Below are positions 1 through 9,919 of a stretch of DNA of 64,000 nucleotides, piece by piece. The stretch is taken from IMG/VR virus record IMGVR_UViG_3300002835_000007, positions 62,001 through 126,000 of that record; one strand, written 5' to 3'. The position numbers and the translations under genes were made by a program. The notes below the pieces were generated by a model. That model was given only the letters and a program-made list of their open reading frames with translations, searched no databases and was not told where the DNA came from. Position 1 is the first letter of the stretch. Each line of letters begins with the position of its first letter.

Positions 1-159
1 TATATGCTATCCCAACAACTTATGAAGGTGATAAGACATATGCAGCAGTGTTGCATACTGGAGATAAAATGGAGTATGTTAAGACTGGTGTTAAATCATA
101 TGAAAAAGCAATTGAGTTAGGTTTGAAGGACGCATTACTAATCTTAAAACAAAAGAAAA

Positions 160-381
160 ATGGATAATAGTAGAAGAATAGTATTTGTTGTGATTTTTAT
201 AGTGGCAGTACTCACGTTACTTGGTATTGTTAGTAAATCACATAGACAGAATAATATTGTAATCAGAACAGCAACACAAGAATTTATTGTTAATGATTAT
301 TATCAAGATGAAAATTGTATTGAGTTTAATTATGATGGTGAATTGAGAACCATTTGTGGTGACTACGAAATAATAGAATGA
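160..381 (+). CDS. hypothetical membrane protein
   Basis: ORF with N-terminal hydrophobic helix; overlaps next gene. Confidence 0.7.
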   Translation: MDNSRRIVFVVIFIVAVLTLLGIVSKSHRQNNIVIRTATQEFIVNDYYQDENCIEFNYDGELRTICGDYEIIE

Positions 382-602
382 GTAGGTGTGATGAATGGAA
401 TGGGACATATGGTCACATTGCTAATTACCTTATAGACAAAAAAGGTATGCCAGATAGAAAAGCATTTGCTGCCGCTAAAACATTGGTGTATAAATACACT
501 GATTCAGTTAAGTTCAAAGGTTCTTTCAGCGACAGAGTTATGTATGTCAGAAAGAATTATAGTAGTTTTATGAATTATTTAAATAATAATTTGGTTGTTT
601 AA
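378..602 (+). CDS. hypothetical protein
   Basis: ATGA-coupled ORF, no motif recognised. Confidence 0.7.
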   Translation: MSRCDEWNGTYGHIANYLIDKKGMPDRKAFAAAKTLVYKYTDSVKFKGSFSDRVMYVRKNYSSFMNYLNNNLVV

Positions 603-625
603 ATTATTATTAGTACATTTGTTTT

Positions 626-958
626 ATGAAAAGATTTATAATTTTATTGTTTTTAATTTCAACGAATTTTTCTTTTACTCAAGTATCAAAAGGAAAAATA
701 ATTGACAGCGTATATTCTTATGTTAAAATAACAAAGATTGATGAAGGTAAGTATACTAAAATCGAAGGTATAGGAAAATACAAAGACAAAGATATCACAG
801 TTTACAATAATTGGTATGAACCACTTTGGCCAATATACAGTTTAAGTGTAGGAATATATATTTATCGTAAGATTTATATTGTAAAAGAAACAAAAAATGG
901 TAAAACGATAAAATTTGGAAGAACTAATTATATTGATTTTATAGTTCCAGCAGAATAA
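626..958 (+). CDS. hypothetical secreted protein
   Basis: signal-peptide-like N-terminus; TACATTTG promoter element just upstream. Confidence 0.7.
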   Translation: MKRFIILLFLISTNFSFTQVSKGKIIDSVYSYVKITKIDEGKYTKIEGIGKYKDKDITVYNNWYEPLWPIYSLSVGIYIYRKIYIVKETKNGKTIKFGRTNYIDFIVPAE

Positions 959-973
959 TTAAAAATAAATTTT

Positions 974-1495
974 ATGAAGTTAACATTATTAATGATATTA
1001 CTATCATTCACATTATTTGGTCAAGATTCTATTGAAGTTGTAGAAAGAACTTATTTAGATAAAAACACATTAACTTTTAGTGATTTTAAAGGTTGTGACT
1101 CTAATCAAACAATTAGAGTTGTTTATGATTATGATATATCAACTGCTGTTTCTTCTATTTTATCTGAAAGATATAAAAAATTTGAAGTCTTTCATGAAGA
1201 TATCGTTGAAGGTAACTATTATTTTATTAAACGAGCAGCAATTGATTCTAATAAAAATGTTTTAGCTATAAACATATTCTCAAATGGTCTTGAAGATTTT
1301 ATTCAATACGTTATATGTAATGTTGAAAGCGATAATGAAATCATGACTGATTTGCTAAGACGCAGAACAAAAAAGATTTATGTTAATTACTTTCAAGTGA
1401 TATCGAAAAACAATGAGCAAAGTGAGTTTGTTGCTGTTACTATTGAAAGAAGAATGTCAATAGAAAAGTATTTACTGTTTAATAAAAAAGAATGA
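974..1495 (+). CDS. hypothetical secreted protein
   Basis: signal peptide ending ...TLFG-Q, Bacteroidota Q-rule-like. Confidence 0.7.
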   Translation: MKLTLLMILLSFTLFGQDSIEVVERTYLDKNTLTFSDFKGCDSNQTIRVVYDYDISTAVSSILSERYKKFEVFHEDIVEGNYYFIKRAAIDSNKNVLAINIFSNGLEDFIQYVICNVESDNEIMTDLLRRRTKKIYVNYFQVISKNNEQSEFVAVTIERRMSIEKYLLFNKKE

Positions 1496-1695
1496 ATATG
1501 ATATTAGTTTGGACACTTAGAATTATAACTTTTATATTAGGTATAGTACCTCTTATATTAGCAATACCAGCTGGATTGTTATATGTAATCTCAGAAGGTT
1601 TAGAGGATTATCTTTACTTTAAGGAGATTAAAGATAAAGATAGATTTCAAAAAGAAATGTTAGATAACATAAAAGAAAAATCAAAAAACCTATGA
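1492..1695 (+). CDS. hypothetical membrane protein
   Basis: hydrophobic N-half; coupled to neighbours. Confidence 0.65.
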   Translation: MNMILVWTLRIITFILGIVPLILAIPAGLLYVISEGLEDYLYFKEIKDKDRFQKEMLDNIKEKSKNL

Positions 1696-2369
1696 AGTGG
1701 TTAATTGTGTTTTTATTATTGGTTAGTTTTAAAAGTGTTGGTCAGACTTATAATTTGAGCAACACTTTAGGTTTTAACTATACCGATAATCAAGTTAAAG
1801 CTTATTCTGGTTCTTTCATTTCATCTAATGGTTATGAAAAAAAATGGTTTTCTATTAATAATTCATTGAATGAAAACATTACATACGTAGGTAAAATAAC
1901 ACAACATGAATTCGCTAATAAACTAACGTTGGCTTTATCACAAGGAAAACATAGTGCGTTCATTAACTATCAGACAAACTATTCGTTGACCAGAAATTTA
2001 AACATGGATAACTTATTAGGGATTGGTTATGGCAGACGTGATTCTATTGGTTCATTTAAAATAAGATATTCATATGGTGTGTTGTATCAAAAGATAAACA
2101 ATACTGGTGCAACATATCTTAGACATTCAGTTAGGTTGAAGTTAAATCACACTATAAATAAGTTTACACTATCTTCTGAATACTACTACCAACCATATAT
2201 TATGAATATTAGAAACACAACACTATATGGTACTACTACTATTAGTTACAAACTTAAATACATTTCAATTAGTATTGTTGACGTATTGAATGTTTTTACC
2301 ATATCTAATATTAAAACAATTCACTCCTTATCCATAGGTTTAAGTTATCAAACAAATTTTACAAAATAG
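1692..2369 (+). CDS. putative outer-membrane beta-barrel protein (DUF481-like)
   Basis: signal peptide (SVG-Q), alternating amphipathic Tyr/Gly-rich strands, GIGYG, RHSVRLKL, YYQP, C-terminal LSIGLSY. Confidence 0.55.
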   Translation: MKWLIVFLLLVSFKSVGQTYNLSNTLGFNYTDNQVKAYSGSFISSNGYEKKWFSINNSLNENITYVGKITQHEFANKLTLALSQGKHSAFINYQTNYSLTRNLNMDNLLGIGYGRRDSIGSFKIRYSYGVLYQKINNTGATYLRHSVRLKLNHTINKFTLSSEYYYQPYIMNIRNTTLYGTTTISYKLKYISISIVDVLNVFTISNIKTIHSLSIGLSYQTNFTK

Positions 2370-2373
2370 CGTT

Positions 2374-3018
2374 ATGATTAAACAAGAATGTACTTTTTAT
2401 CCAGAAACTTATAACATAAAAAGTTATAAAGAGTTTAATGATGATAATCTTATTGTTCATACGGAATACGATGAAGATAACAATAAGGTTTACATGGAAT
2501 TTAACTACCCAGATAAACCAACTGAATGGATGAGAAGAAAATTTAAAGAAGGTACTAAAAACGAAAATGGTGAAATAGTATTTTATGAGGATAATAAAGG
2601 TATATTCAAACATGTCTATTATGAAAAAGATGTTAGAATATCTGTTAAAAATGGTTTTGATACTATCAATAGACTTAATTACACTAAGAGAATTGAAACC
2701 GTAGATGTAAGTATCAATGGCGAAGATTTAAATATTAAATTTCAAGCAATACTTGAAATAGATAAAGATTATTTATTTTATACTAATAGATATGAGCACC
2801 ACTCTACTTATATGTCAATAGAGTACAATAGTGGTTATTTTGAAGAAATATATTATAAAGACTTACATAATAATAAAACAATAATACATTCTGATTTATT
2901 ATATGACTTATTTAATTATAAATGGATATTGGATAAGTATAGAATTGTTCTGCATTCTAACAATTATAGAAAAGATAATTATTTTTCTAGAGAAAATAAC
3001 CGATTGTACTTGTATTAA
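2374..3018 (+). CDS. hypothetical protein
   Basis: 214 aa ORF, no motif recognised. Confidence 0.7.
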   Translation: MIKQECTFYPETYNIKSYKEFNDDNLIVHTEYDEDNNKVYMEFNYPDKPTEWMRRKFKEGTKNENGEIVFYEDNKGIFKHVYYEKDVRISVKNGFDTINRLNYTKRIETVDVSINGEDLNIKFQAILEIDKDYLFYTNRYEHHSTYMSIEYNSGYFEEIYYKDLHNNKTIIHSDLLYDLFNYKWILDKYRIVLHSNNYRKDNYFSRENNRLYLY

Positions 3019-3057
3019 TTACTATTATTTTGTACATTTGTAGAAACAATTAAAAAT

Positions 3058-3285
3058 ATGGAATCATTTAACCAATACATGAAAGACTTTTTACTTATGC
3101 AGCAAAAAGCAATGGGGTTTATGTATGAAAATACACCAACTCCAGTATCGATTACAAAAGATTTTGATAAATTCGTTAAAAACAGCATAGAGTTTCATCT
3201 TGCTGCACAAGATTATCACAAATCAATAGTTAAAATGTTAGAATCTATGAAAAATATATCTGACATTTACAAAATAAAACCTTAA
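3058..3285 (+). CDS. hypothetical protein
   Basis: ORF with upstream TACATTTG element. Confidence 0.7.
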   Translation: MESFNQYMKDFLLMQQKAMGFMYENTPTPVSITKDFDKFVKNSIEFHLAAQDYHKSIVKMLESMKNISDIYKIKP

Positions 3286-3296
3286 TACTTAGTATC

Positions 3297-3692
3297 ATGT
3301 TAGAAATATTACTTATGGATGATGAACTCACTAGCAGAATAGCTAGGCTCATCATACACGCAGAAGCAAATCCGTTTGATTTTGACACAATGAAACATGC
3401 GTCTGAAAACAGATTACCTATTATACCAGAAGGTTGTGATGATTTTGAAATATTATTACCATTAGATATTAGAGTTGTCTATACAGTGGAAGAACATCCA
3501 AAAGGTGTTTGTAAACACATATCTATATCACAAGATATGGACAGCCCAAGTAATGGTAATTTGTTAGTTATTTTAAATCATTTTGGGTTTAATACTAATT
3601 TAAAAGATAGCAAAGCTTATGCTTACATTGAAAACTGTATTGTTAATGGTGTGAAGTGTAAAGCAGTTAATGTAATTGAAAACTTATATTAA
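3297..3692 (+). CDS. hypothetical protein
   Basis: 131 aa ORF. Confidence 0.7.
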   Translation: MLEILLMDDELTSRIARLIIHAEANPFDFDTMKHASENRLPIIPEGCDDFEILLPLDIRVVYTVEEHPKGVCKHISISQDMDSPSNGNLLVILNHFGFNTNLKDSKAYAYIENCIVNGVKCKAVNVIENLY

Positions 3693-3693
3693 T

Positions 3694-4251
3694 ATGGATG
3701 ATATATTAAAAGAAATTTATAATTTTTCTAGTCAAAAATGTATTAATAATACGTTATTCGATTATGGTATTGTTGGGAGTGAAGGGTATGGCGAAACTGG
3801 GTATAAATCTTTTAATATAATCATTGATAACTATAAAGAATATTTTAATGAAGATACCGTTTTTTATGATTTAGGTTCTGGTTTGGGGAAATTAGTTTTC
3901 CATGTAGGAATCATGTGCAATGCTAAAAAATCATGCGGCATTGAATATAGTGAAAGACGATATCAACATTCAATTAATACTTTAAACCAATATAAGTTTG
4001 ATAATATAAGTTTTATTAATGACAATTTTATAAACGTTGATATATCTGATGCGACAGTAATTTATTTAGATAACACTTTGTTTCCAACACATATTGATGA
4101 ACAAATTTATAATAAAATACCTAAAGATTGTATTGTATTTTCAAGAAAAATGTTTAAGCAATCAAAATTAAATGGTGAATTAATCAGAAAAAGAATAGCA
4201 GCAATTACTGAATATTGTACTATTGATGTTTACACAATGATAAAAAAATAA
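3694..4251 (+). CDS. DOT1-like class I SAM-dependent methyltransferase
   Basis: YGET, FYDLGSGLGK (motif I), GIEYS, DATVIYLDN; start moved to ATG 3694. Confidence 0.7.
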   Translation: MDDILKEIYNFSSQKCINNTLFDYGIVGSEGYGETGYKSFNIIIDNYKEYFNEDTVFYDLGSGLGKLVFHVGIMCNAKKSCGIEYSERRYQHSINTLNQYKFDNISFINDNFINVDISDATVIYLDNTLFPTHIDEQIYNKIPKDCIVFSRKMFKQSKLNGELIRKRIAAITEYCTIDVYTMIKK

Positions 4252-4252
4252 T

Positions 4253-4417
4253 ATGAAACAACCTTGTAAATTTGACCATAATGGTGAATGTTTAATTTGT
4301 GATAATTGGATTAGTGATTGTGCCTATATTCGTATGCTGAATAAAGATTACAAATACGAAACAAAAGAAGAATTAGAAGAAATGTTTAAAGATGAATTAG
4401 ATGAAGAGAGTTTATGA
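4253..4417 (+). CDS. small Cys-rich hypothetical protein (54 aa, not in ORF track)
   Basis: MKQPCKFDHNGECLICDNWISDC...; fills the gap between two genes. Confidence 0.55.
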   Translation: MKQPCKFDHNGECLICDNWISDCAYIRMLNKDYKYETKEELEEMFKDELDEESL

Positions 4418-4910
4418 ATATTTCAGTACTTATAAAACTGAAGACACTTTAAAAAGACATGGCAGAGTAACACAACTTGATATTGATTTTATAGATAGTT
4501 TAGAATTAATTGACTTACACTACGATGGAGAAAAATATACTTGGAAAGATGAAGCAACAAACATATATAGTACGACTATAATTGTTTGCACCGAAGATGA
4601 GTTAAATAGAATAAAACAAATTGATTTTAACTTACATCATGATGCAGAAGGATATTCAAAAGTATCTGAAGTTACTGAAGAAGTATTGATGGGAATATAT
4701 AATTACGATAAGTTTGGTTTTGCCAGAGAAAACGTAATGATTATGCTGCATGGTTGGAGAAAGATTTATCTAGAAGAAGATGATGTGTTGGATAAAATAA
4801 GCAGATATGGTGCTGACTCATTAACACAACAAGAAAAAGATTTTTTGGAAACTGGTGTATTAAATAATCCTTTTTTATACGAAATTATTGAAGATGATTT
4901 GGAAGATTAA
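4401..4910 (+). CDS. hypothetical protein
   Basis: 169 aa ORF; C-terminal DDVLDKISRYGADSLT motif. Confidence 0.7.
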   Translation: MKRVYEYFSTYKTEDTLKRHGRVTQLDIDFIDSLELIDLHYDGEKYTWKDEATNIYSTTIIVCTEDELNRIKQIDFNLHHDAEGYSKVSEVTEEVLMGIYNYDKFGFARENVMIMLHGWRKIYLEEDDVLDKISRYGADSLTQQEKDFLETGVLNNPFLYEIIEDDLED

Positions 4911-4948
4911 AATATTCTTCTTACATTTGTAATATAAATTTAAAAACT

Positions 4949-5164
4949 ATGGGAATAATAATTTTTGCAGCATTGATAATAACAATAGTTAATATCTTTA
5001 ATACTAAAGAACTAACAGATGTTTTAAGTGAAACTATGTTTGATAATAAAACATTTTATAGAATATGTCTTATACCTCCAATCGGTCTTATCACATATTG
5101 TATATTTATTATACTAATACTTATAGTGTCTTTAGTAGAAACCATTATAAATATTTGGAAGTAA
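4949..5164 (+). CDS. hypothetical membrane protein
   Basis: two hydrophobic segments; promoter upstream. Confidence 0.65.
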   Translation: MGIIIFAALIITIVNIFNTKELTDVLSETMFDNKTFYRICLIPPIGLITYCIFIILILIVSLVETIINIWK

Positions 5165-5279
5165 TATGAAACATAAAATATATGGTATAATAGGTGACAT
5201 CCTAATTATAACTGGCGGCATCATGATTGGTATCGGACTTATTTCTGTGATAATGCTTTGGAAGATTAAATAAAACTGT

Positions 5280-5909
5280 ATGAAACTACTAAAAGACAAT
5301 AACGAATATAGTCTTATCAATATTGATAGATTTTTAGTTGCAACCACAGATAAAACTATATTAAAAACATCACCAGAGAAGTACAAACTTTCCAAAACTC
5401 AATGCGATGAAATCTTTGAGTTTGTTGATATTGAAAAACTAGGTGAAGAACTGGCATGGAAAATATCAAACAAAACCAATCATGGGTTATCAAGGTTTAA
5501 TATAATTAGGTCGTCATTTATCAATGGCTACCATAATTGTCAAGAAGTGCAAGGGTTTAAATTTAAAGCCTCTGACATGATTGAATTTGCTGCTTGGATG
5601 AACAAGTTAACTCCAGCTCAAAAAGTCTCTGTATGGTCAAAAAATGGTGAGCATAAAGGGTTGTTCACAATGGATGAAGAACAACTATTTGAAAAATGGT
5701 TGCATGAAAAAAGCGAGATAAGAGTTAAGTATGAATTAGACTTGGATGCACCTTGTCCTACATGTGGTGAATCAGAAAATCTACATGGTAACTATGATTA
5801 TGCTCAGAAAGATAGACCATTAATAGAAACATTGTGTAACGAATGTGGAAACATATATGCTACACCATTGTTAGATAAAAACGGATGTATAACATTGATA
5901 AAACTATGA
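5280..5909 (+). CDS. hypothetical protein with C-terminal zinc ribbon
   Basis: CPTC...CNEC. Confidence 0.65.
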   Translation: MKLLKDNNEYSLINIDRFLVATTDKTILKTSPEKYKLSKTQCDEIFEFVDIEKLGEELAWKISNKTNHGLSRFNIIRSSFINGYHNCQEVQGFKFKASDMIEFAAWMNKLTPAQKVSVWSKNGEHKGLFTMDEEQLFEKWLHEKSEIRVKYELDLDAPCPTCGESENLHGNYDYAQKDRPLIETLCNECGNIYATPLLDKNGCITLIKL

Positions 5910-6181
5910 GTACTAATAAACGTGTAAAAGAAACTTTTGATAAGTTGGGTAAAGATTTGATTATATCTAAACAAGGGTGTGATACAAAGAAGATGTTGGA
6001 AGATATAAAAAACAAAGTAGAAATCAAAAAAGCTGTCGGTGAAATAATTGATATGTTAACAGAAGATTCTATAATGGTTGATGCATGGTGGACTGATTTA
6101 ACCGATGAACAAGAACAAGAAATTTATGGTAAATTGGAAGAAATAATCACCAGAAGATTTGGTAAAATAAAAAATTATTAG
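5906..6181 (+). CDS. hypothetical protein
   Basis: ATGA coupling at 5906. Confidence 0.65.
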   Translation: MSTNKRVKETFDKLGKDLIISKQGCDTKKMLEDIKNKVEIKKAVGEIIDMLTEDSIMVDAWWTDLTDEQEQEIYGKLEEIITRRFGKIKNY

Positions 6182-6204
6182 TACATTTATAAAAAATAAA
6201 TATT

Positions 6205-6384
6205 ATGACAATAGAAATGGAAGAAGGGTTTGAATTAACCCAAGAGATTAAAGATATGGCTAGAGGCTATGACGCATACTATAGGTATATTGATAACTAT
6301 GGTCAGATGAAAGACGCTGAATACGAAAATGAGAGAATAATGAAAACATTAAGACCTCTAGGTGTCAAACGTATAACTCAATAA
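6205..6384 (+). CDS. hypothetical protein (59 aa, not in ORF track)
   Basis: MTIEMEEGF...RITQ, A-rich leader. Confidence 0.55.
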   Translation: MTIEMEEGFELTQEIKDMARGYDAYYRYIDNYGQMKDAEYENERIMKTLRPLGVKRITQ

Positions 6385-6387
6385 GTC

Positions 6388-6624
6388 ATGACACCAGAAG
6401 AAGCAGATAAGCTCAATTTAGAAGCAGCATTAGAAAATGGAGATGCTTTAGCTTTTCCATTTATTTCTAAATATGAAAGCCAAGAAGGTTTAACTAAAAG
6501 AGAATATATGGCAACTCAATTAATGTCTGGTTTGCTATCACATGGACATGATACTAGAACTGCTCTTGAGTATTCGGTAAAATCCGTTGATTTATTATTA
6601 GTTGAATTAAATAAAAATAAATAA
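6388..6624 (+). CDS. conserved phage hypothetical protein
   Basis: AFP...GLTKREYMATQLMSGL...LLVEL pattern common in small phage proteins. Confidence 0.7.
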   Translation: MTPEEADKLNLEAALENGDALAFPFISKYESQEGLTKREYMATQLMSGLLSHGHDTRTALEYSVKSVDLLLVELNKNK

Positions 6625-6629
6625 GATAG

Positions 6630-6788
6630 ATGATAACTTATACTGAAGAAGATTTAATGAAAGCTATTAATCTTGCACAAGAACCAATCACTATGAAAGA
6701 TAAAATTTGGGGGTTGCATAATGTGTATAGAACTATAGGTGAAATTATTGAACAGATTAATTTAGAAAAAGAAAATGAAGAAAATTGA
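6630..6788 (+). CDS. hypothetical protein (52 aa, not in ORF track)
   Basis: MITYTEEDLMKAI... Confidence 0.5.
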   Translation: MITYTEEDLMKAINLAQEPITMKDKIWGLHNVYRTIGEIIEQINLEKENEEN

Positions 6789-7239
6789 ATTAAATAATAG
6801 AACAATAGAAAATAAACAACTATATAATTTCTTTATGGTTGACCTTTTAATTGATGGCGAAACTATTGATACTGGCAACGCACCTAACGGTTCTTATTAC
6901 TTCTGGAAAGACCTAGAAGAAGCAAGTCAAAAAGCTATGAAACGTCTTGAAGATAACAATGATGAAAAAATGAAAAGAACATTTCATGTTGGTGGGCTGC
7001 AATCAATTATGTTAACCAAAGAACAACGAGACACACAATTCAAAAACTTTATGGTTAAACGCTATGATAACTTAGATATTGATAAATTAACTGGTATTAT
7101 TAATCATGCAATCGATTCAATTGAACTGAAGGGACCAACTAATGGTGAACATCCAAATCCATTCCTTAAATTTAAATTGACAGATGATTTTATAAAAACA
7201 ATCATTGCTAACGTTGTTTCAGAATATATTAAAGAATAA
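6775..7239 (+). CDS. hypothetical protein
   Basis: 154 aa ORF. Confidence 0.7.
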   Translation: MKKIELNNRTIENKQLYNFFMVDLLIDGETIDTGNAPNGSYYFWKDLEEASQKAMKRLEDNNDEKMKRTFHVGGLQSIMLTKEQRDTQFKNFMVKRYDNLDIDKLTGIINHAIDSIELKGPTNGEHPNPFLKFKLTDDFIKTIIANVVSEYIKE

Positions 7240-7241
7240 CT

Positions 7242-7424
7242 ATGATTACATTAACTATCTTGTGTATCCTATACACATTCTTCGCTTTTAGAAGATTTAA
7301 AACTATTTATGGTACTTATGATATTTTTCATAAACCACCAAAAGTTTGGACGATTGCTTTGGTTTTGACAACTGCTTGGTCAATAAGTTCTGGTATTGTT
7401 TTTTGTTTAATTTATTTACCATAA
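7242..7424 (+). CDS. hypothetical membrane protein
   Basis: two hydrophobic segments. Confidence 0.6.
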   Translation: MITLTILCILYTFFAFRRFKTIYGTYDIFHKPPKVWTIALVLTTAWSISSGIVFCLIYLP

Positions 7425-7457
7425 AAAAAAGTGGAGACTTAATCTCCACTTTTTTTT
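7423..7457. terminator. bidirectional intrinsic terminator
   Basis: A8-GTGGAGA-cttaa-TCTCCAC-T8 between convergent genes. Confidence 0.85.
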
Positions 7458-7458
7458 A

Positions 7459-8898
7459 TTAGTTTAATTCAAATGGTTGGTTGCCAAAGGTCAATTCGAC
7501 ACCACCAATTCCATGTTTTAAATTCAGACCTAAAGATGATGAGTTTATGTTTCTTATAATTTCGGTTGCATCTTCTTGGCTAACGCCAGTGATTGCAATT
7601 GTATCATTTGTTGGGTTATTAATCGTTACTTTATCTCTAATTTGACTAGACATTAATGCTTTATATAAATTAGGCAATTTGAAATATAAGTTTGAGTTTG
7701 TATTTATTTTAATTTTTAATACTTGATTACGTCTAGCTTCTTCAGCTCTTTGTCTAGCTTCTTCCTCTTCTCTTTCTATACGTCTTGCTTCTTCTCGTTC
7801 AGCTCTTTTTCTAGCCTCTTCTTCATCAGCAATTCTTTTTTCCTCTTTAGATTCTTCAGCTCTAAGTTTGTCATAAATACCAGATTCACTATAATATTTG
7901 AATTTAACAAAGTTCTTTAATAAAGGGTTTGTTGCAATTTGTTCATCATAAGTTCTATTATATAGATTTTCCCTCATGGTACCTTCTCTTGCATCTATAT
8001 CACGTGGATTTCTTTCTGCATTTCTAACTAAGTTTTCAGCATAAGTTGGTTCTCTGAAAACTTTATCACGTAATTTTGTTAAAATTCCTTTTGCGATATC
8101 ATCTTCTAATGGATTTTCTACACCTAATGCTGCTATTTCTCGTTTTACTTTTTCAGTTAAATTTCTTAATTTAAAATTATCATCAAACATACTTAAAAAA
8201 ACAAATTCTGCTTTTGGACGCATACTTTGAAGTAAATCTCTTTTATCACTATATTGACTTTGTTCATCATTAGTCATTTCATATTCACCGTATATGATAT
8301 AATCTCTAAGTTTCTCGTAATAACTAGTTAATGTTTTTAAAATTCTTACATAGTCTTTAACTTCTCTTTCAGCTAATTTACGGTCTGTAATTAAACGGTT
8401 TAATCTGTTGAAAGCTTCTTTTCTATCTCTATCGTTATCATCAGTTATAGGTGATGAATATAACATAATAAGACGTTTACCATCATTATGTTTTTCATTA
8501 ATAAATTCATTTATTGCATCACGATTAGTTGCCATTATTCTTGCAGCTTGACCACCATTTAAAGTAGGGTACATAGTAATATTAGGTCCATTAATACTAA
8601 AACTAATTTCTAAAGCATAATCGTTTTCACCCATATATTCGATACCAACATCAGTTAATTTACCATCATGTTGAAAAGAATATCTTTCTTTAAGATATAT
8701 TTTTAAAAATACATTTAATAAACCATATTGTTCTGTTTTTATTTCATATTTAACAGTTCTATAATCATCGCCTTCATGTGCAATAGTATAAGGTGCTGCT
8801 TGACCGATTTCTGTCATTAACATTCTTTCAAAAATGAAATATTGCTCCAACCTCAAATTAGCTTCACGTATATTTTTCTTTTTATCAAATCTTCTCAT
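7459..8898 (-). CDS. paralog A1 of four-gene family (putative virion-internal protein)
   Basis: 479 aa; shared leader MRRFDKKKNIREANLRLEQ; charged coiled-coil insert. Confidence 0.75.
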   Translation of the reverse strand: MRRFDKKKNIREANLRLEQYFIFERMLMTEIGQAAPYTIAHEGDDYRTVKYEIKTEQYGLLNVFLKIYLKERYSFQHDGKLTDVGIEYMGENDYALEISFSINGPNITMYPTLNGGQAARIMATNRDAINEFINEKHNDGKRLIMLYSSPITDDNDRDRKEAFNRLNRLITDRKLAEREVKDYVRILKTLTSYYEKLRDYIIYGEYEMTNDEQSQYSDKRDLLQSMRPKAEFVFLSMFDDNFKLRNLTEKVKREIAALGVENPLEDDIAKGILTKLRDKVFREPTYAENLVRNAERNPRDIDAREGTMRENLYNRTYDEQIATNPLLKNFVKFKYYSESGIYDKLRAEESKEEKRIADEEEARKRAEREEARRIEREEEEARQRAEEARRNQVLKIKINTNSNLYFKLPNLYKALMSSQIRDKVTINNPTNDTIAITGVSQEDATEIIRNINSSSLGLNLKHGIGGVELTFGNQPFELN

Positions 8899-8917
8899 TG
8901 TTTTATATTAGTTTAAA

Positions 8918-9913
8918 TTAATTTATTTCTTCAATATTTTTTATTGTTTTATTATCATAATAAACAATAGCTTTATATGCCTTAAATAAATCATAACCAG
9001 TTTTCTCATTAAAATATTGAAAAAAGTTTTTAGCCTCAGTTGCTGTTACAGATTTTAATAGGTATTCCATATATTCAATACTACCTTGTTGTTTAGGCTC
9101 TAATTTACCTTTTTGTACAAAGAAACTATCTTTATCTTCATCGAACATTTTTATAAATGCATTGTAGAAATCTTCATCATCCAAATCCATTGAACCACGT
9201 TTTATCACGTGAATCATTAAATTTGCTTTTTTCTCATAATTTTTCATTTCATCAGATAACAAATCAACATTAAAGATACCAGAAAGACTACGTATTCTAA
9301 ATTTTTTAAAGTTATTCATTATTTTTGACCTTTTAATTTCAATATCATAATATAAATTATAAAGTTTTTCTCTTAAATCAGTTTCTTTTTTACCACCAGT
9401 TACTGGATATGAATAAACCACTACTAATCTTTTACCTTCTTGAATAGTTTTTTCTACCACTTCTAAAATTGCTGCTCTTACAGTTGCCATAATAGAAAAA
9501 ACTTTGTTAGTATTTAATTCTGGGAAAGAAACGTTACCACTTTCATCTTTAAAAACTCCAAATGAAATATAAACACCAAAGATATCATCTGGTAAATTTT
9601 CACCTTCAAAACCTAATTCTCTAATTAATGATTCAAAATCTGGGTCAAAACCAGAATACAAACTCTTTGCTTTAATACTAATAGATACAAACATGTTCCA
9701 CTCTGTTGATGGGTCTTCATCAGTTATCTCATTTTCATCTTTTGGTACTTTAAAACCAACTCTATGACCCATACTGCCCCAATCACTTACCACTTCATAT
9801 GGATACCCTTTTGAATCTGCGATTTCATTCAAGGTTATCATTTCAAATAAACGGTCTTGTTCCAATCTTAAATTGGCTTCATGTATAATTTTCTTTTTAT
9901 CAAATCTTCTCAT
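8918..9913 (-). CDS. paralog B1 of four-gene family
   Basis: 331 aa; shared leader; EIADSKGYPYE and FKVPKDENEIT shared with B2. Confidence 0.75.
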   Translation of the reverse strand: MRRFDKKKIIHEANLRLEQDRLFEMITLNEIADSKGYPYEVVSDWGSMGHRVGFKVPKDENEITDEDPSTEWNMFVSISIKAKSLYSGFDPDFESLIRELGFEGENLPDDIFGVYISFGVFKDESGNVSFPELNTNKVFSIMATVRAAILEVVEKTIQEGKRLVVVYSYPVTGGKKETDLREKLYNLYYDIEIKRSKIMNNFKKFRIRSLSGIFNVDLLSDEMKNYEKKANLMIHVIKRGSMDLDDEDFYNAFIKMFDEDKDSFFVQKGKLEPKQQGSIEYMEYLLKSVTATEAKNFFQYFNEKTGYDLFKAYKAIVYYDNKTIKNIEEIN

Positions 9914-9919
9914 ATTGTT

